Part shown: piece by piece, positions 1 through 11,073 of the stretch | How positions within the stretch are numbered: the first letter of the stretch is position 1 | Layout of the letters: each line of letters begins with the position of its first letter | Source of the DNA: Promethearchaeota archaeon Loki_b32 | Lineage (GTDB): Archaea; Asgardarchaeota; Lokiarchaeia; Sigyniarchaeales; SOKP01 | Length of the DNA: 64,000 nucleotides | NCBI GenBank assembly: GCA_005223125.1 | Contig: NJBH01000002.1 | Span: 160,001 to 224,000 of the forward strand | Direction of reading: 5' to 3' | Program-made: the position numbers and the translations under genes | The notes under the pieces: generated by a model | What the model was told of the DNA's origin: nothing | The model's input: the letters and a program-made list of their open reading frames with translations, nothing else | Databases searched by the model: none

Positions 1-255
1 TCTATAATTTTTTGGACTTATTATGGTAATTCTCTCAAATAATTGTTTAGCTTTTTCATATTCCAGCGTATAATAATCATTAAGATATCCTCCATAATTA
101 AATAAAGTGTCTATCAATATATCTTTAATTTCTCCAGATTCAGGTTTATTTTCATATAGTTGTTCTAAGATTTTAAGAGCTTCTTCATATTCTTCCTGTC
201 TCCTTAAAATCTTTGCCTTTTCAAGAAGTTGTGTCCTACTATTTGAATTTTTCAT
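1..255 (-). CDS. TPR-like helical repeat protein, N-terminal part (runs off the window start)
   Basis: Read manually on the minus strand from ATG at 255: MKNSNSRTQLLEKAKILRRQEEYEEALKILEQLYENKPES...YEKAKQLFERITIISPKNYR. TPR-like 'YEEALKIL...P' and 'YEKAKQLFE...P.N' patterns. Not in the ORF track because it has no stop inside the window. Confidence 0.75.
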   Translation of the reverse strand, partial: MKNSNSRTQLLEKAKILRRQEEYEEALKILEQLYENKPESGEIKDILIDTLFNYGGYLNDYYTLEYEKAKQLFERITIISPKNYR

Positions 256-296
256 GAAGAATTTTCACATATTTTTAGGAAAAAAAGGATTTATAT

Positions 297-752
297 TTAC
301 AATTCATTTTCATACCAGATATTTGGTGATTTTTTTACTCCAAGTTTTAGGAAAAGACTTCTCGTTGCTCCATCAGAATCGGGACAGATAAAATATACTT
401 TATCAATTTTTAAAGATCTTTTAATATATAATTGTAGTTCCCGGATAATTTGTTCTTCAATTCCTTTTTTATAAGAATCTTCTTTTCTTGTTAAAACTTG
501 GTGAATTAATACTCTATCATTACCCAAATAATCTCTAAATAAGGTATATGTTCCAAAACCTAAGATTTTTCCATCTTCTTTTGCTACAACCATTGAATTT
601 CTATATTGAAGGTCAAGAGATCTCCGATTTAACTCTTCCTCAAATTTTTCCCAATGAGAGAAGAAATAAGATTTACTAGAAATAAATTCTTTAAAAATTT
701 CTTTTAGCACTTCTTTGTCCGCTCTAGGGTCGTATCTGTCTATAATAATCAT
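297..752 (-). CDS. GNAT-fold acetyltransferase-like protein
   Basis: 'MVVAKEDGKILGFG', 'YKKGIEEQII' (motif A-like) and 'RSLFLKLG'; GGTGA upstream of the ATG. Confidence 0.65.
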   Translation of the reverse strand: MIIIDRYDPRADKEVLKEIFKEFISSKSYFFSHWEKFEEELNRRSLDLQYRNSMVVAKEDGKILGFGTYTLFRDYLGNDRVLIHQVLTRKEDSYKKGIEEQIIRELQLYIKRSLKIDKVYFICPDSDGATRSLFLKLGVKKSPNIWYENEL

Positions 753-845
753 TTTTTCACCGATGGAATATTGATATTTAACAAAATATCTATTCTTTAA
801 TAAAAATTATTTTTTATAATACAGGATTATTTAAGATGATTAAAA

Positions 846-1361
846 ATGAGTCATAGGATTAATGATGAAATCGTATCAATTCCTATTAAGAAATTGAGAA
901 ATGATACAAATATCCCTCAGCAGTCAAAACTGGGAGATGCTGGAGCTGATGCAAGGATTATTGGCTTTAAAAAGATTATTCATGAAAATGATAAAAAAGA
1001 ATTAATCGAGATTAATTCAGATACTTATACATTAAAACCATTAGAGAGAATAGGCTGTCCATTAGGATTCTCAACAGCTATACCGGAAGGATATTACTTT
1101 AAAGTGGTTCCTCGAAGTGGAGTAGCTTTATGGGATGGACTGTCTATTGTGAATTCTCCAGGTACGATTGATGCTGGATACCGAAATGAGTGGATGGTAA
1201 TTGTCGTGAATCTTTCCAATAAAGAAGTTACATTAAAGAAAGGCGAAAGAATCTGCCAAATTATTTTATCTAAAATGTACCATTATAAATTTATTGAGTC
1301 AGATGAATTACCCGAATCTGAACGAGGTTTGGGGGGTTTTGGTTCTACAGGTAAGAAATAA
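846..1361 (+). CDS. dut: dUTP diphosphatase (trimeric dUTPase)
   Basis: All five dUTPase motifs: DAGAD, PRSG, GTIDAGYR, GERICQ, RGLGGFGSTG. Confidence 0.95.
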   Translation: MSHRINDEIVSIPIKKLRNDTNIPQQSKLGDAGADARIIGFKKIIHENDKKELIEINSDTYTLKPLERIGCPLGFSTAIPEGYYFKVVPRSGVALWDGLSIVNSPGTIDAGYRNEWMVIVVNLSNKEVTLKKGERICQIILSKMYHYKFIESDELPESERGLGGFGSTGKK

Positions 1362-1403
1362 ATTTTAATTAAATATTAATATTTTGTTGAGAAAAGATCT
1401 AAT

Positions 1404-1622
1404 ATGTCAGAATTAACAGAAGAAGAAAATTTTATAATTACAAAACTCAAAGAAAAAGGGGGTAAGCTGAATTACAAGGAATTACAAATTCTATGCGAAG
1501 ATAAATTCGAAGGAGTAAGGTTAATTCTCAAAAAGCTAAAAGAAAAAGGAATTGTTGAATATGAAGGTATGATACCTGGTTTTTCAGCTGAAATTGAATT
1601 ATTACGAGATGAAATTACTTAA
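1404..1622 (+). CDS. small winged-helix protein
   Basis: 72 aa with the pattern 'LTEEE..I...L...GG.L...EL......LKKLKEKGIVEY'. Confidence 0.6.
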   Translation: MSELTEEENFIITKLKEKGGKLNYKELQILCEDKFEGVRLILKKLKEKGIVEYEGMIPGFSAEIELLRDEIT

Positions 1623-1691
1623 ATTTCCTAATCGTAACCCTTATGTTGTTTTTTTAATTTTCTTTTATAGTATTTAGGTTTAAGATTTACT

Positions 1692-3215
1692 ATGAGTGAA
1701 AACAATTCAGAATCCACTAAAGATAATTTTATTGAACAAATTCTTAACCCTAGGAGTATCTGTGTTTTTGGTGCAAATAATAATCTTATGACAACAATGG
1801 GCTCAATGCAACTACGAAATATTATTGCTGGAGGTGGATTTAATGGAAATATATTCCCTGTGCATCCAAGATTGGAAAAAGTTCAAGGAATTCAAGCTTA
1901 TCAGTCTATATTCGATATCCCAATAATACCAGATCTAGCATTTATTATATTACCAACAAGAATCGTACCTCAAGTTATGGAAGAATGTGGTCAAAGAGGT
2001 GTAAAACATTTAATCATTACATCAGGTGGCTTTCGAGAGACGGGATCTGAGGGAAAAGAATTATCTAAACAAATTGACAAAATAGCTAAAAAATATGATA
2101 TGAGATTCATTGGTCCTAACTGTCTAGGTGTATATAATGGATGGTATGGTTATCCTGATAAAAGAGACGCTTATTTCAACACTTTTTGGATTTATCTCCC
2201 TCATAAACGCGGAAATATTTCGATTATTAGCCAATCTGGTACTGTTGCAGCTCAAACTGCTTTTTATACAAATGATTTGGGAATTAAAATAGGAAAATCT
2301 ATATCCGTAGGGAATGAAAGAAACATAGATTTAGTGGATGTATTAAGATATTTTAAAGATGATCCTCTTACTGAAGTAATTGGGCTTTATATTGAAGAAA
2401 TCAAACAGGGAAAAGAATTTATTAAATTAGCGAAAGCTACTACCCCTTACAAGCCTATAGTTGCAATTTATGCTGGGGGTACACAAGCAGCGGCAAGATC
2501 TATAATGAGTCATACAGGATCAATTAGTACGGATAATAAAATTTATGAAGCAGTATTTAAAGAAACAGGCATAATTTCTACTAATTCCATTAAAGATTTC
2601 TTGTATTATCTTAGAACTTTATCACAAGCGCAATCATATAAAGTCTTTCCAAAAGGGAATCGAATAGGAATTATAACTGATTCAGGAGGTCCCGGTGCTA
2701 TGATGACTAAAACTGCTGAATTGTATGGATTAGAAATACCAGAATTTTCAACAGAATTACAATTAGAATTTAAAAAAGATATTCCTAAAACAGCAAGCTC
2801 AGTGAATCCTATTGATATTACTTTTCACGAGAACTTTATGAATATGTTTATAAAATTCCCAAAATTACTAATGAAATCTCATGAAGTCGATGCGGTTATA
2901 GTGTTTGGTGTTTATGATTTTGATGATATAATGAATGTTATTGAAAAATCGGGTATGAAACTTGATGAAAACATGAAAAATATGAAAGATATATTCGAAA
3001 AAATTGTTTTAAAATCTATAAAAAGATTAATGAAAAAGTATTCAATACCAGTGTTTTTTGCTGGACCATATCCTTATAGATATCCTTGGATGCAAAAATT
3101 CATAGAACATGATATCCCTATTTTTAGCATGTGGGATGATATAACTAAATGCCTTAGTATATTATATCGTTATGCTGAATATCGTAAAAATTTAAATCCT
3201 AAATTTAAAAATTGA
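1692..3215 (+). CDS. acyl-CoA synthetase (NDP-forming), alpha-subunit-like CoA-binding protein
   Basis: 'NPRSICVFGA', 'GPNCLG', 'SQSG', phospho-His motif 'SHTGS', 'NPID'. Confidence 0.9.
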   Translation: MSENNSESTKDNFIEQILNPRSICVFGANNNLMTTMGSMQLRNIIAGGGFNGNIFPVHPRLEKVQGIQAYQSIFDIPIIPDLAFIILPTRIVPQVMEECGQRGVKHLIITSGGFRETGSEGKELSKQIDKIAKKYDMRFIGPNCLGVYNGWYGYPDKRDAYFNTFWIYLPHKRGNISIISQSGTVAAQTAFYTNDLGIKIGKSISVGNERNIDLVDVLRYFKDDPLTEVIGLYIEEIKQGKEFIKLAKATTPYKPIVAIYAGGTQAAARSIMSHTGSISTDNKIYEAVFKETGIISTNSIKDFLYYLRTLSQAQSYKVFPKGNRIGIITDSGGPGAMMTKTAELYGLEIPEFSTELQLEFKKDIPKTASSVNPIDITFHENFMNMFIKFPKLLMKSHEVDAVIVFGVYDFDDIMNVIEKSGMKLDENMKNMKDIFEKIVLKSIKRLMKKYSIPVFFAGPYPYRYPWMQKFIEHDIPIFSMWDDITKCLSILYRYAEYRKNLNPKFKN

Positions 3216-3355
3216 AAATTTAAGTTGTAAAATCTCTACTTATTTCACTAATTATATATATGTTTTTTATCTATAATTATTAGAATTACACCAAAAAGTT
3301 ATATCAGATATAAGAAACTTTAATTATAATAAATTATACGAGCGTAGTTTTAATT

Positions 3356-4354
3356 TTGCCAATAGAATTTTATAATCCTCCTTCAGCGATTCTAGCTTCT
3401 GGATCAAAATTAGGGGTTGAGATTGGAGGTAGTAAAAGCATTTTAAGTATGGATGCTCGTCATAATTTATATTCTGAGGGTGTTATCTTCAGTGAATTAA
3501 GCTGGGGTGCATTTTATCAAGAAGAAGGATTAGAAGATCAAATAGACACATTTGAGACCAAAGAATTTGACTCAATTCGAGAAGATCCTGAAGCGTTGGC
3601 TAAGAAAATTGTGGAAAGTATTTACAATATCATAAATAATAACAGATTGTTATATGGTATTGCCGATTTCGAAGTAGATGGGTTTCTCAATCAAAATACT
3701 ATTATTCCTGGACTTAAGTTAGACTATGCTATAATAAATAAGTTATTAGATGCCCATAAAAAAACAAGAGATGAAGATTTATTTCCAAATCTCTTATCTG
3801 ATGCAAAGGGAGCTCATAGAATAAAGATTGAATTCCAGGGAACAAAAAAAAGGAATCTTCATCTAATTGGTTCAAAATTAGAAGATTTAGCTGATATCTT
3901 AAGAATGGCTAAAGGATTTGCGACGGGGATAGTCTGTACTTCACGGGGTGCTGCCAATCTTTATATTATGTGTGATAATATTGTGTTTAAAGAAGAAGAA
4001 TATCCAGATCTCTACACCGATGAAGAAAATTTAGCTATAATAGAGATGGGTATCCAAAGAGAACTATTATTTCCAATTAGTTGGTTTAGAATAGATCTAG
4101 GTATTAGATCTCTTGAAACTTTAGAACTATGGGATAAAATCAAAGAAAACCCGAAATTAAACAAAGCTATGAAATATTATGAGAAATATATAACCAGCTT
4201 AGTTTATAAAAAATTTCAGGTTATGGCTTCGACAGAAAAGATCGGTACTGATGTAGAAGAGGATTTTTATACAATGAGTCCGGCAGAAAGAAGAAAAGCG
4301 CTTAGAGATATGGCCGAAGCAATAAGAAAATTAACTGATGAATATAAGAAATAG
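3356..4354 (+). CDS. hypothetical protein (TTG start)
   Basis: 332-aa ORF with host-like composition; no family recognised. Confidence 0.75.
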   Translation: MPIEFYNPPSAILASGSKLGVEIGGSKSILSMDARHNLYSEGVIFSELSWGAFYQEEGLEDQIDTFETKEFDSIREDPEALAKKIVESIYNIINNNRLLYGIADFEVDGFLNQNTIIPGLKLDYAIINKLLDAHKKTRDEDLFPNLLSDAKGAHRIKIEFQGTKKRNLHLIGSKLEDLADILRMAKGFATGIVCTSRGAANLYIMCDNIVFKEEEYPDLYTDEENLAIIEMGIQRELLFPISWFRIDLGIRSLETLELWDKIKENPKLNKAMKYYEKYITSLVYKKFQVMASTEKIGTDVEEDFYTMSPAERRKALRDMAEAIRKLTDEYKK

Positions 4355-4358
4355 AAAT

Positions 4359-4667
4359 CTATTTTTCTTTTAGAATTCTGGGGGCTTTGATATAACCGTC
4401 CTTTTTATATTTTGCATTTTTTAAGGCTTCTTCATTTGAAAGCGATTTCCAAATAATGTCTTCACGAAAAACATTTTTTAAACCGTCTATTGGATGGGTC
4501 ATTGGTTTTACATTACTTGTATCCAAGTCATCTAATTTTTTAAAATAATTTAGGATATCACCTAATTGTATAGCTAACTTTTCTTTTTCATCATCAGATA
4601 AATCTAATAAAGCTAATTTTGAAATATGATCGATGGTTTCCTTTGAGAATTCTTCTTTCTCTGACAT
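4359..4667 (-). CDS. gatC: Asp/Glu-tRNA amidotransferase subunit C
   Basis: 'IDHISKLALLDL', 'IL.YFKKL..LDT..V.P..H', 'NVFRED', 'ALKNA...DGY.KAPRI'. Confidence 0.93.
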   Translation of the reverse strand: MSEKEEFSKETIDHISKLALLDLSDDEKEKLAIQLGDILNYFKKLDDLDTSNVKPMTHPIDGLKNVFREDIIWKSLSNEEALKNAKYKKDGYIKAPRILKEK

Positions 4668-4788
4668 GGCTCAGTTCATTAAAATATAAGTATAGATAAT
4701 AATTAAGATTAACTACCTTACTGAACTTGCTATAATTCTTTAAAAAATAATAAAAAGTATTAAGTGATATCAATTTTTTATTTTAATT

Positions 4789-5142
4789 ATGGTAGATCAA
4801 GAAGATTTAAGGTTTGAAATCCCAAGTTATGCATTTATCGCACTAGCAAGACGTGGTATGGAAAAAATCTCTTTAGATCAATGTTTTTTGAAGAATTGTG
4901 ATAATCAGGACCCAGAATTATTAGAACCCTTTAAGAAAGAAGAATATGAAGATGACAAGAAACAAGTGAAAGAGATCTATATCAAATGTAAAAAATGTAA
5001 AGGTATATTCATTTTAAAACTAGAGACTCTAAAAAGAGTAGCTAAATCTACTAAGGATAAGGATGAAGATGTTTTATCAATGGGGATGGTATATGCTTTA
5101 GACGAGAAAAAGAATAACCTTGGACATATTGGTTATTTTTAA
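4789..5142 (+). CDS. hypothetical protein with putative Zn site
   Basis: CxxxxC (CFLKNC) and CxxC (CKKC) pairs. Confidence 0.7.
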   Translation: MVDQEDLRFEIPSYAFIALARRGMEKISLDQCFLKNCDNQDPELLEPFKKEEYEDDKKQVKEIYIKCKKCKGIFILKLETLKRVAKSTKDKDEDVLSMGMVYALDEKKNNLGHIGYF

Positions 5143-5169
5143 TAATTTATTCATTTGTTTTATAAGAAA

Positions 5170-5862
5170 ATGACTTTCAAATTCTATTTATTTGATTTAG
5201 ATGGAACTCTATTAAATCTGGGTAATATACGTGCTTATGCAGATCAAATTTTTACAAAAACACTAACTATTTTAAAAGCACCTAATATACCCAATAGAGA
5301 AGAAAAGCTAAAATTTTGGTTGGCTGGCAAAGATTATATCAAAGTATTGAATAAATGGGGTATTTCTAAACCACAATATTTTTGGAATGTATATGATAAA
5401 GTTGATTTTGAACACCGAAAAGTTCTAATAAATCAAAAAAAAATTGGATTATTTAATGATGTTAAAGATATATTAAAAAAGATTTTTGAGATTTCTAATA
5501 AACTTGCTATTGTAACTAATACAGCTGGTTATGTTGTTGAATATATTTTGAAAAAATTTAACATTTCAAAATGTTTTCATGAAATCTTTAGTATGGGGCC
5601 TGGGATTGATGAAAAATTCGCAAAACCTTCTCCTAGTGGTATTTTCTCAATTTTAAGAAAGTTTAACTATGATCAAAAATATCATAAAGCCTTAATGATA
5701 GGGGATTCAATAGTTGATATAATTGCAGCGAAAAAAGCAAATATCACTGCTTGTTTAATAACAAGAGATAAAAAAAGATATCCAGAAGATTATGAAGATT
5801 GGTTATATTCTCCTGATTTTATTATTGAAAGTTTAGATGAATTAATTCGTTTAAATTCTTAG
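5170..5862 (+). CDS. HAD-superfamily phosphatase (phosphoglycolate phosphatase-like)
   Basis: DLDGTL, VTN, KPSP, IGDS..D motifs; ATG at 5170 preferred over the track's TTG at 5155. Confidence 0.9.
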   Translation: MTFKFYLFDLDGTLLNLGNIRAYADQIFTKTLTILKAPNIPNREEKLKFWLAGKDYIKVLNKWGISKPQYFWNVYDKVDFEHRKVLINQKKIGLFNDVKDILKKIFEISNKLAIVTNTAGYVVEYILKKFNISKCFHEIFSMGPGIDEKFAKPSPSGIFSILRKFNYDQKYHKALMIGDSIVDIIAAKKANITACLITRDKKRYPEDYEDWLYSPDFIIESLDELIRLNS

Positions 5863-6078
5863 TGAATTTTTAATTAATCAATTTCATTAACAAGGAGTTA
5901 GAAATTTAAATCCTCTATTTGTTTAATGGATTTTTGAGCACTCAAAAAATAAGTTTTTTAATTAAAATTATTGAATTACCGATTCATAAAGTTCGATATA
6001 TTAACTTGTTAAAGAAAAAAAATTAAATAATCGAACTGCTTTTTATTTAATATTGAAAATCTTAAGAGACTAGTCTAA

Positions 6079-7806
6079 ATGTCGACAAAATTAGGAGAAG
6101 AAGACCTATTAAGAAAAAAAGTATGGAAAATCATCAATTTAACACAAGCTAATCAATTATTTGTTCATTATAAAGATTTGAGCATTAAGTATTTTGCTGA
6201 AAAAAGTAAAAAAGTTACTACATCAATATTACCAGAAATCTTAACATTATGTGTTTTAAACGCTTTGGTTCCCAATTCTGCGATACTTTTAGTAGGTGGC
6301 CATGGCGGCGGTAAAACAACACTCTCTAAGCTTTTGGGGCGAATGTTTACTGCTACTTCACTTAATGACATTGAAAGTTCAATCATAAGGGGACATCCTC
6401 AATTAACTGAAGAAAAACTTATAGGTACTTTAAAGCTTGGGAAATTGATGAAAGAAGGTGAAGAAGAGGTTGTATGGAGACATTTTGTTACTAATTTTTG
6501 GAAAATCATTGATGAGGTGAATCGGTTAACACCATATGCACAAGATATCCTCTTATCATTGCTAGCAGAAGGTACCGTTAAGTATTATGATTCAATAATA
6601 TCAATTAATAAATATTGTTTATTTGCTACTATTAATCCTCATGATATTGGGACATTCGAGTTATCTCAGCCATTTTTAGATCGTTTTGGCATTTCAGTCC
6701 CAATAACAATGCCAGCGAGCCATGATTTACAATTAATCTTATCTGGAAAAGATGAGAAATATTCTGGTTTAGATGAACTTGTTCAAGTGCCTGAAATTTT
6801 GTTTATTGATGATTTAATGGAAATCTGGTATTATGTGAACAGAATACAATTCTCATCTGAAGTTAATAACTTTATACACGCCATAATTAGAGAATTTACA
6901 TTATGTTCAAGGATAGATAAAGGAAATACCGAAGATATAAAACCTAGTACAGGTTTATGCACAGGTTGCCATTTTAATACTGCTCAAAACATTTGTAATA
7001 AAATTGATTCGATTCTAAGTGTAAGAGTTGCAAAAGATCTGCTGAGATATTCAAAAGCTCTAGCATGGTTATTAGGAATCAATAATATTGATGTTAATAT
7101 TGTAAACACTATCGCCCCTTATGTAATATCGCATAGAACGAAGTATGTAAAACGAGATTTAGACAAATCACCATATTTTGGAAATAAATATGAATTTTCT
7201 AAAAATATTTTAAAAACTATCCAAAAAAGATTTAAAAATCGTGAAATCTGCTACCATATTACAGAAAGATTTCGAGAAGGAAATCCTAAGGATAATGATT
7301 TAACTGAGTTAAAAAAATTCGAAAAAAATGATTTAATCGTAAAATATGATTTAATTCCGTTTGTAAATTCAATTAATAATAAGGAGTATCCCCCAATTGC
7401 CCAAGAAATTCAAGAGGCATCAAAGAAAGGAGATATTAATAAGCTCGCTGAAATCAGGAATACTCTTATGGAAGAAATTAATTTCCCTAATAGAGGAGAC
7501 TTAATTGAATGGACTAATAGAGAACTTTACAAACAAACAGTTACTGATTACGTCTTCAAGTACCAATTTAATAAGGAAGTGTGGGCTGATATTGCTGCAG
7601 AATTTTCAAAATTAGATCAACCCTTAAAAGAAGCATTTAGTCAAAGACAAACTAAACAAATACGGACTGAAGATATGTTGATTGAAATAAATGTTACTGG
7701 AACAAAAGAGGATTCTCTTGTAAATATTCAAATTTCTGGTGGTTCTGAAGCTTTAAAGTTAAGAGATATACTAAATAATTTAAGTTATATTCAAAAAGAA
7801 GAATAA
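6079..7806 (+). CDS. MoxR-like AAA+ ATPase with C-terminal extension
   Basis: Walker A GGHGGGKT, Walker B IIDEVNR, 'ATINP', 'FLDRF'; Cys-rich insert (C...CTGC...C). Confidence 0.85.
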   Translation: MSTKLGEEDLLRKKVWKIINLTQANQLFVHYKDLSIKYFAEKSKKVTTSILPEILTLCVLNALVPNSAILLVGGHGGGKTTLSKLLGRMFTATSLNDIESSIIRGHPQLTEEKLIGTLKLGKLMKEGEEEVVWRHFVTNFWKIIDEVNRLTPYAQDILLSLLAEGTVKYYDSIISINKYCLFATINPHDIGTFELSQPFLDRFGISVPITMPASHDLQLILSGKDEKYSGLDELVQVPEILFIDDLMEIWYYVNRIQFSSEVNNFIHAIIREFTLCSRIDKGNTEDIKPSTGLCTGCHFNTAQNICNKIDSILSVRVAKDLLRYSKALAWLLGINNIDVNIVNTIAPYVISHRTKYVKRDLDKSPYFGNKYEFSKNILKTIQKRFKNREICYHITERFREGNPKDNDLTELKKFEKNDLIVKYDLIPFVNSINNKEYPPIAQEIQEASKKGDINKLAEIRNTLMEEINFPNRGDLIEWTNRELYKQTVTDYVFKYQFNKEVWADIAAEFSKLDQPLKEAFSQRQTKQIRTEDMLIEINVTGTKEDSLVNIQISGGSEALKLRDILNNLSYIQKEE

Positions 7807-7823
7807 ATAAATTTTAAAGTAAT

Positions 7824-9545
7824 ATGATTCAATCGAGGAGAAGAGGAAGAGGCAAAAGTACTAAAAAGGAAATTACAGAAAATGAAAGAAAGATCATAGA
7901 ATTAGCTAAGATTGCATGGACTAAAACTTTAAAGGAATTTTATTTTCCTCCCTTAAATGAACCTAACTATGTATTTGATTATACTCATTTAGAGGGTTTT
8001 TATATTGATCTTGAACATCGATGGCAAATAACAATGAACTTAGCTAATACACCATTATTTAAAGATGATGGTGAATATATTGATTATTTTCATATTATCT
8101 CACTTCATGAGGTTTCTCACTATCAAATAATTCCTTACGATGGTTTAATCAATGCAAAATTACTCAGGGCTGCGATGATGCATGTAAACCAGAATTACGC
8201 ACCTATAATTGTAAATATTTTTGCTGATCTTATAATAGATACAAAATTATATCAAAAATATCCAAATCTCATTACATGGGAAATGGAGGTAACCTATAAA
8301 CATCTTAAAAGTAAGGGACCAATTTGCAACTTGACAAAGTTCCTATTTCGAGCTTATGAAAAAATATGGAATAAAGATATCTTAAATGATGAGTTGCTAA
8401 AAGAAATGGATTCCTTAGCGGAACGAGTTTCTAAAACTATTCTAAAAGATTTTGAAGATGAGTCAACTTGGGAAAAGAAAGTAGCTTTAGTTGCCAAATA
8501 TTTAAATAATTTAATTCAAGATACTTTTACGTTAATAGGAAATAGAGGCATATTGGATAAAAATAAAGAAAAGAGAAAGAGTCCTGGCGGTGCATTTTTG
8601 GAAGTGCCTAAAGATATTTTAGAAGTAATGGATAACCCTTTAGAGAATAAGAATTCAGACAAACTAAAAGAAGGAAATGAAGATGAATTAAGACAAAAAT
8701 CAGAAGAATTTGCTAAAGATGTTCCCTATTCTGAATACGGTGGACCTGCACGTCAGGCAGGGATTTTAATAGATGGGAGTGCATTAGCTGCTTGGTATAG
8801 AGGATCTGCGAAAAATTTAATCGAAATTAAAATATTTGAGGAAAAACCAGGAGGGCAATTACCCGTTTACCCAGAAGTGTGGCGAATTGGAGATAGAATA
8901 GAAGAATTAGATATTGTTCAGAGTTTATTGAATAGCCCCGTAATGATACCTAATATAACTACAAGAAAATGGGCTTACAGAGAGGGAACTGGGCATCTAG
9001 TAGAAAAACAAATCCCTGATCTTTTGATCGTTTTAGATTCATCAGGTTCAATGGGTTGGAATTATACATCTAGATCTGCTAGCGGAAAAGGACCTTATCA
9101 TACAGCTCTAATAGCTGCGTTTGCTTCTTTGCATTTTGCAGCTAGAAAAGGTGCAAAATTCAGTATAATCAATTTTTCAAACAGAGCAGATGTTTGTCAA
9201 TGGACCTCTGATTATAAAAAAGCTGAAAAAGTTTTATTAAGATATCAAGGAGGAGGAACATTTTTACCGATAAAACAAATCGCAAATCAATGCGAAAAAG
9301 CAGATAGAAATGTGCTTGTATTTATCATTACTGATTTTGGTATCTATAATTGGAGCAAAGCTAAAAAAATTATGACAGACTTAGCTCAAAAAGGGCATAA
9401 AATAGTAGGGTTTTTCATAGGGTCAAAGAGAATACCAAAAGATAAATTTAAAAGTCTATTAGATAAGGTCACTTTCTACGGAATAGGGAATGTAAAAGAT
9501 TTAATAGATTTGGTGATAACGGAAGTGAAAAAATACTACTTATAG
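7824..9545 (+). CDS. vWA-domain protein with N-terminal HExxH metallopeptidase-like domain
   Basis: 'LHEVSH' and 'NIFADLIID'; MIDAS 'LDSSGSM', 'GGGT', 'IITD'; starts 17 bp after the AAA gene. Confidence 0.85.
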   Translation: MIQSRRRGRGKSTKKEITENERKIIELAKIAWTKTLKEFYFPPLNEPNYVFDYTHLEGFYIDLEHRWQITMNLANTPLFKDDGEYIDYFHIISLHEVSHYQIIPYDGLINAKLLRAAMMHVNQNYAPIIVNIFADLIIDTKLYQKYPNLITWEMEVTYKHLKSKGPICNLTKFLFRAYEKIWNKDILNDELLKEMDSLAERVSKTILKDFEDESTWEKKVALVAKYLNNLIQDTFTLIGNRGILDKNKEKRKSPGGAFLEVPKDILEVMDNPLENKNSDKLKEGNEDELRQKSEEFAKDVPYSEYGGPARQAGILIDGSALAAWYRGSAKNLIEIKIFEEKPGGQLPVYPEVWRIGDRIEELDIVQSLLNSPVMIPNITTRKWAYREGTGHLVEKQIPDLLIVLDSSGSMGWNYTSRSASGKGPYHTALIAAFASLHFAARKGAKFSIINFSNRADVCQWTSDYKKAEKVLLRYQGGGTFLPIKQIANQCEKADRNVLVFIITDFGIYNWSKAKKIMTDLAQKGHKIVGFFIGSKRIPKDKFKSLLDKVTFYGIGNVKDLIDLVITEVKKYYL

Positions 9546-9552
9546 TTTTGAT

Positions 9553-10664
9553 TTAATCCATTTCTCTCCCTATTTTCATTCCTAATTCAAGGAAGTCTTT
9601 AGGAATATTTTCTCTCTCTAGGTGTTTTAATGATATTATGTTTGCCGGACAATTAACCACACATATACCACATCCCATGCATTTACTATCATCAATTTCT
9701 GGTTTAGTATCACCTAATGATATCGCCTTAAAAATACAATTTGCTTCACATGTTCCACATCTTTCACATAATTTAGAATTTTTGATTTCAGCAATGTAGT
9801 TAGCAGCCGCTACAGAATGTGGTTTGTCCCACATAGTAATCCCTCCTAATGGATTACAACAACTTGAACAACAATTGATAACATAGAATGTGTTCCTTCA
9901 ATAAAATTCTCTGTCGTGTGAACTAGACCTTTTTGATTAAACTCTTTGCACAATCTTTTTGCTTCTTCTTTACTTATTTCATGACCAAGATCTCTTTCAA
10001 TTATAAATTTAGCCATATGATTCATATAAAAACAAGTTTCTAACGGAAATTTTTCCTTACAATCTCTAATTCCTAAAGTTTCTGTACGAGTTTTACAAGC
10101 ACATTTAGTAATAGCTATTATTTTCGCATCATCGATAATTCTTGAAACATTTTCATAGGGCAATATCATCTTCGTTGACTCAATTGATTTTTGAACAGGT
10201 ATCACTCGAAGAGTAGGCGTTTCAGGTGATCCACTATAAACTTTGTACCAATCATCATCAACCATATTTTTAAAACTCAATTCTGCTAATTTTTTTGCCT
10301 TTTCTTTTGGATATTTGTGGTAGCTTAATGGAGGAAAACTATGAAGGAGAGGTGTTATGTGAATCGCATATTTTGGATCTTTTGAACCTATTTTTGTTAC
10401 ACAATTTTGACGTATTAATCTCTCTAAAATTTGTTGGGCTTCATCTTCACTTTTTTGAATTTTTTTTGCATATCGTTTTAGTGGAAGAAAATTAGTGACC
10501 ACGTTTAATTTATTTAAATATTTCACATCTTCAGAGTCAATTAACACTTTCAAGTAATCAATCCAACCATTAGGAATTTTACCTTTTTGTCCTGCTGGTG
10601 ATAATCTGGGTACTGAAGTATCTAATTTTTTTACTAGGATTTCATAAGGATCTTCACTTAACAA
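9553..10664 (-). pseudogene. 4Fe-4S dicluster protein split by a 1-bp deletion at 9877/9878
   Basis: Track ORFs 9846-10664 and 9553-9834 join if TC is restored to TGC, giving HSMLCNCCSSCCNPLGGITMWDKP, collinear with paralog 11315-12433 (FICSCCGCCCGLL). Confidence 0.85.
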
Positions 10665-10806
10665 GAAACCACCTTTTCATTTCTAAATTTAAAAGGATTA
10701 TAATTAATTGTATTTATCTTTATTTAAGACTTTTTTAAAATTATATAAAAAAGAGGAAATGAACCCGAAAAAGAAAAAACTTTATTAACTTGATGTAATG
10801 AATGAT

Positions 10807-11073
10807 TTATTTAGGTTTGTTAATTTCTCGTAAATATTGCTTCATGAAATATCGCTGGGATTGACAATAAAGTAACTTATCTTTAGGTGTTAGATGTTTG
10901 CATTTCTGTAAGACATTCTGAATATCTGTAAGCAGCTTAAAATTATCATATTTCGTTTTTTGTGATATATCCACAACTTCTTTATCAATTGGGGTAATAT
11001 TGACTTCTTTTTCATAGAATAACTCTCTAAGATTTAGAACTGGTTCTGAGTCTTCTATATTTGAAATCATCAT
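10807..11073 (-). CDS. small hypothetical protein
   Basis: 88-aa ORF in its own intergenic space; no motif recognised. Confidence 0.5.
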   Translation of the reverse strand: MMISNIEDSEPVLNLRELFYEKEVNITPIDKEVVDISQKTKYDNFKLLTDIQNVLQKCKHLTPKDKLLYCQSQRYFMKQYLREINKPK

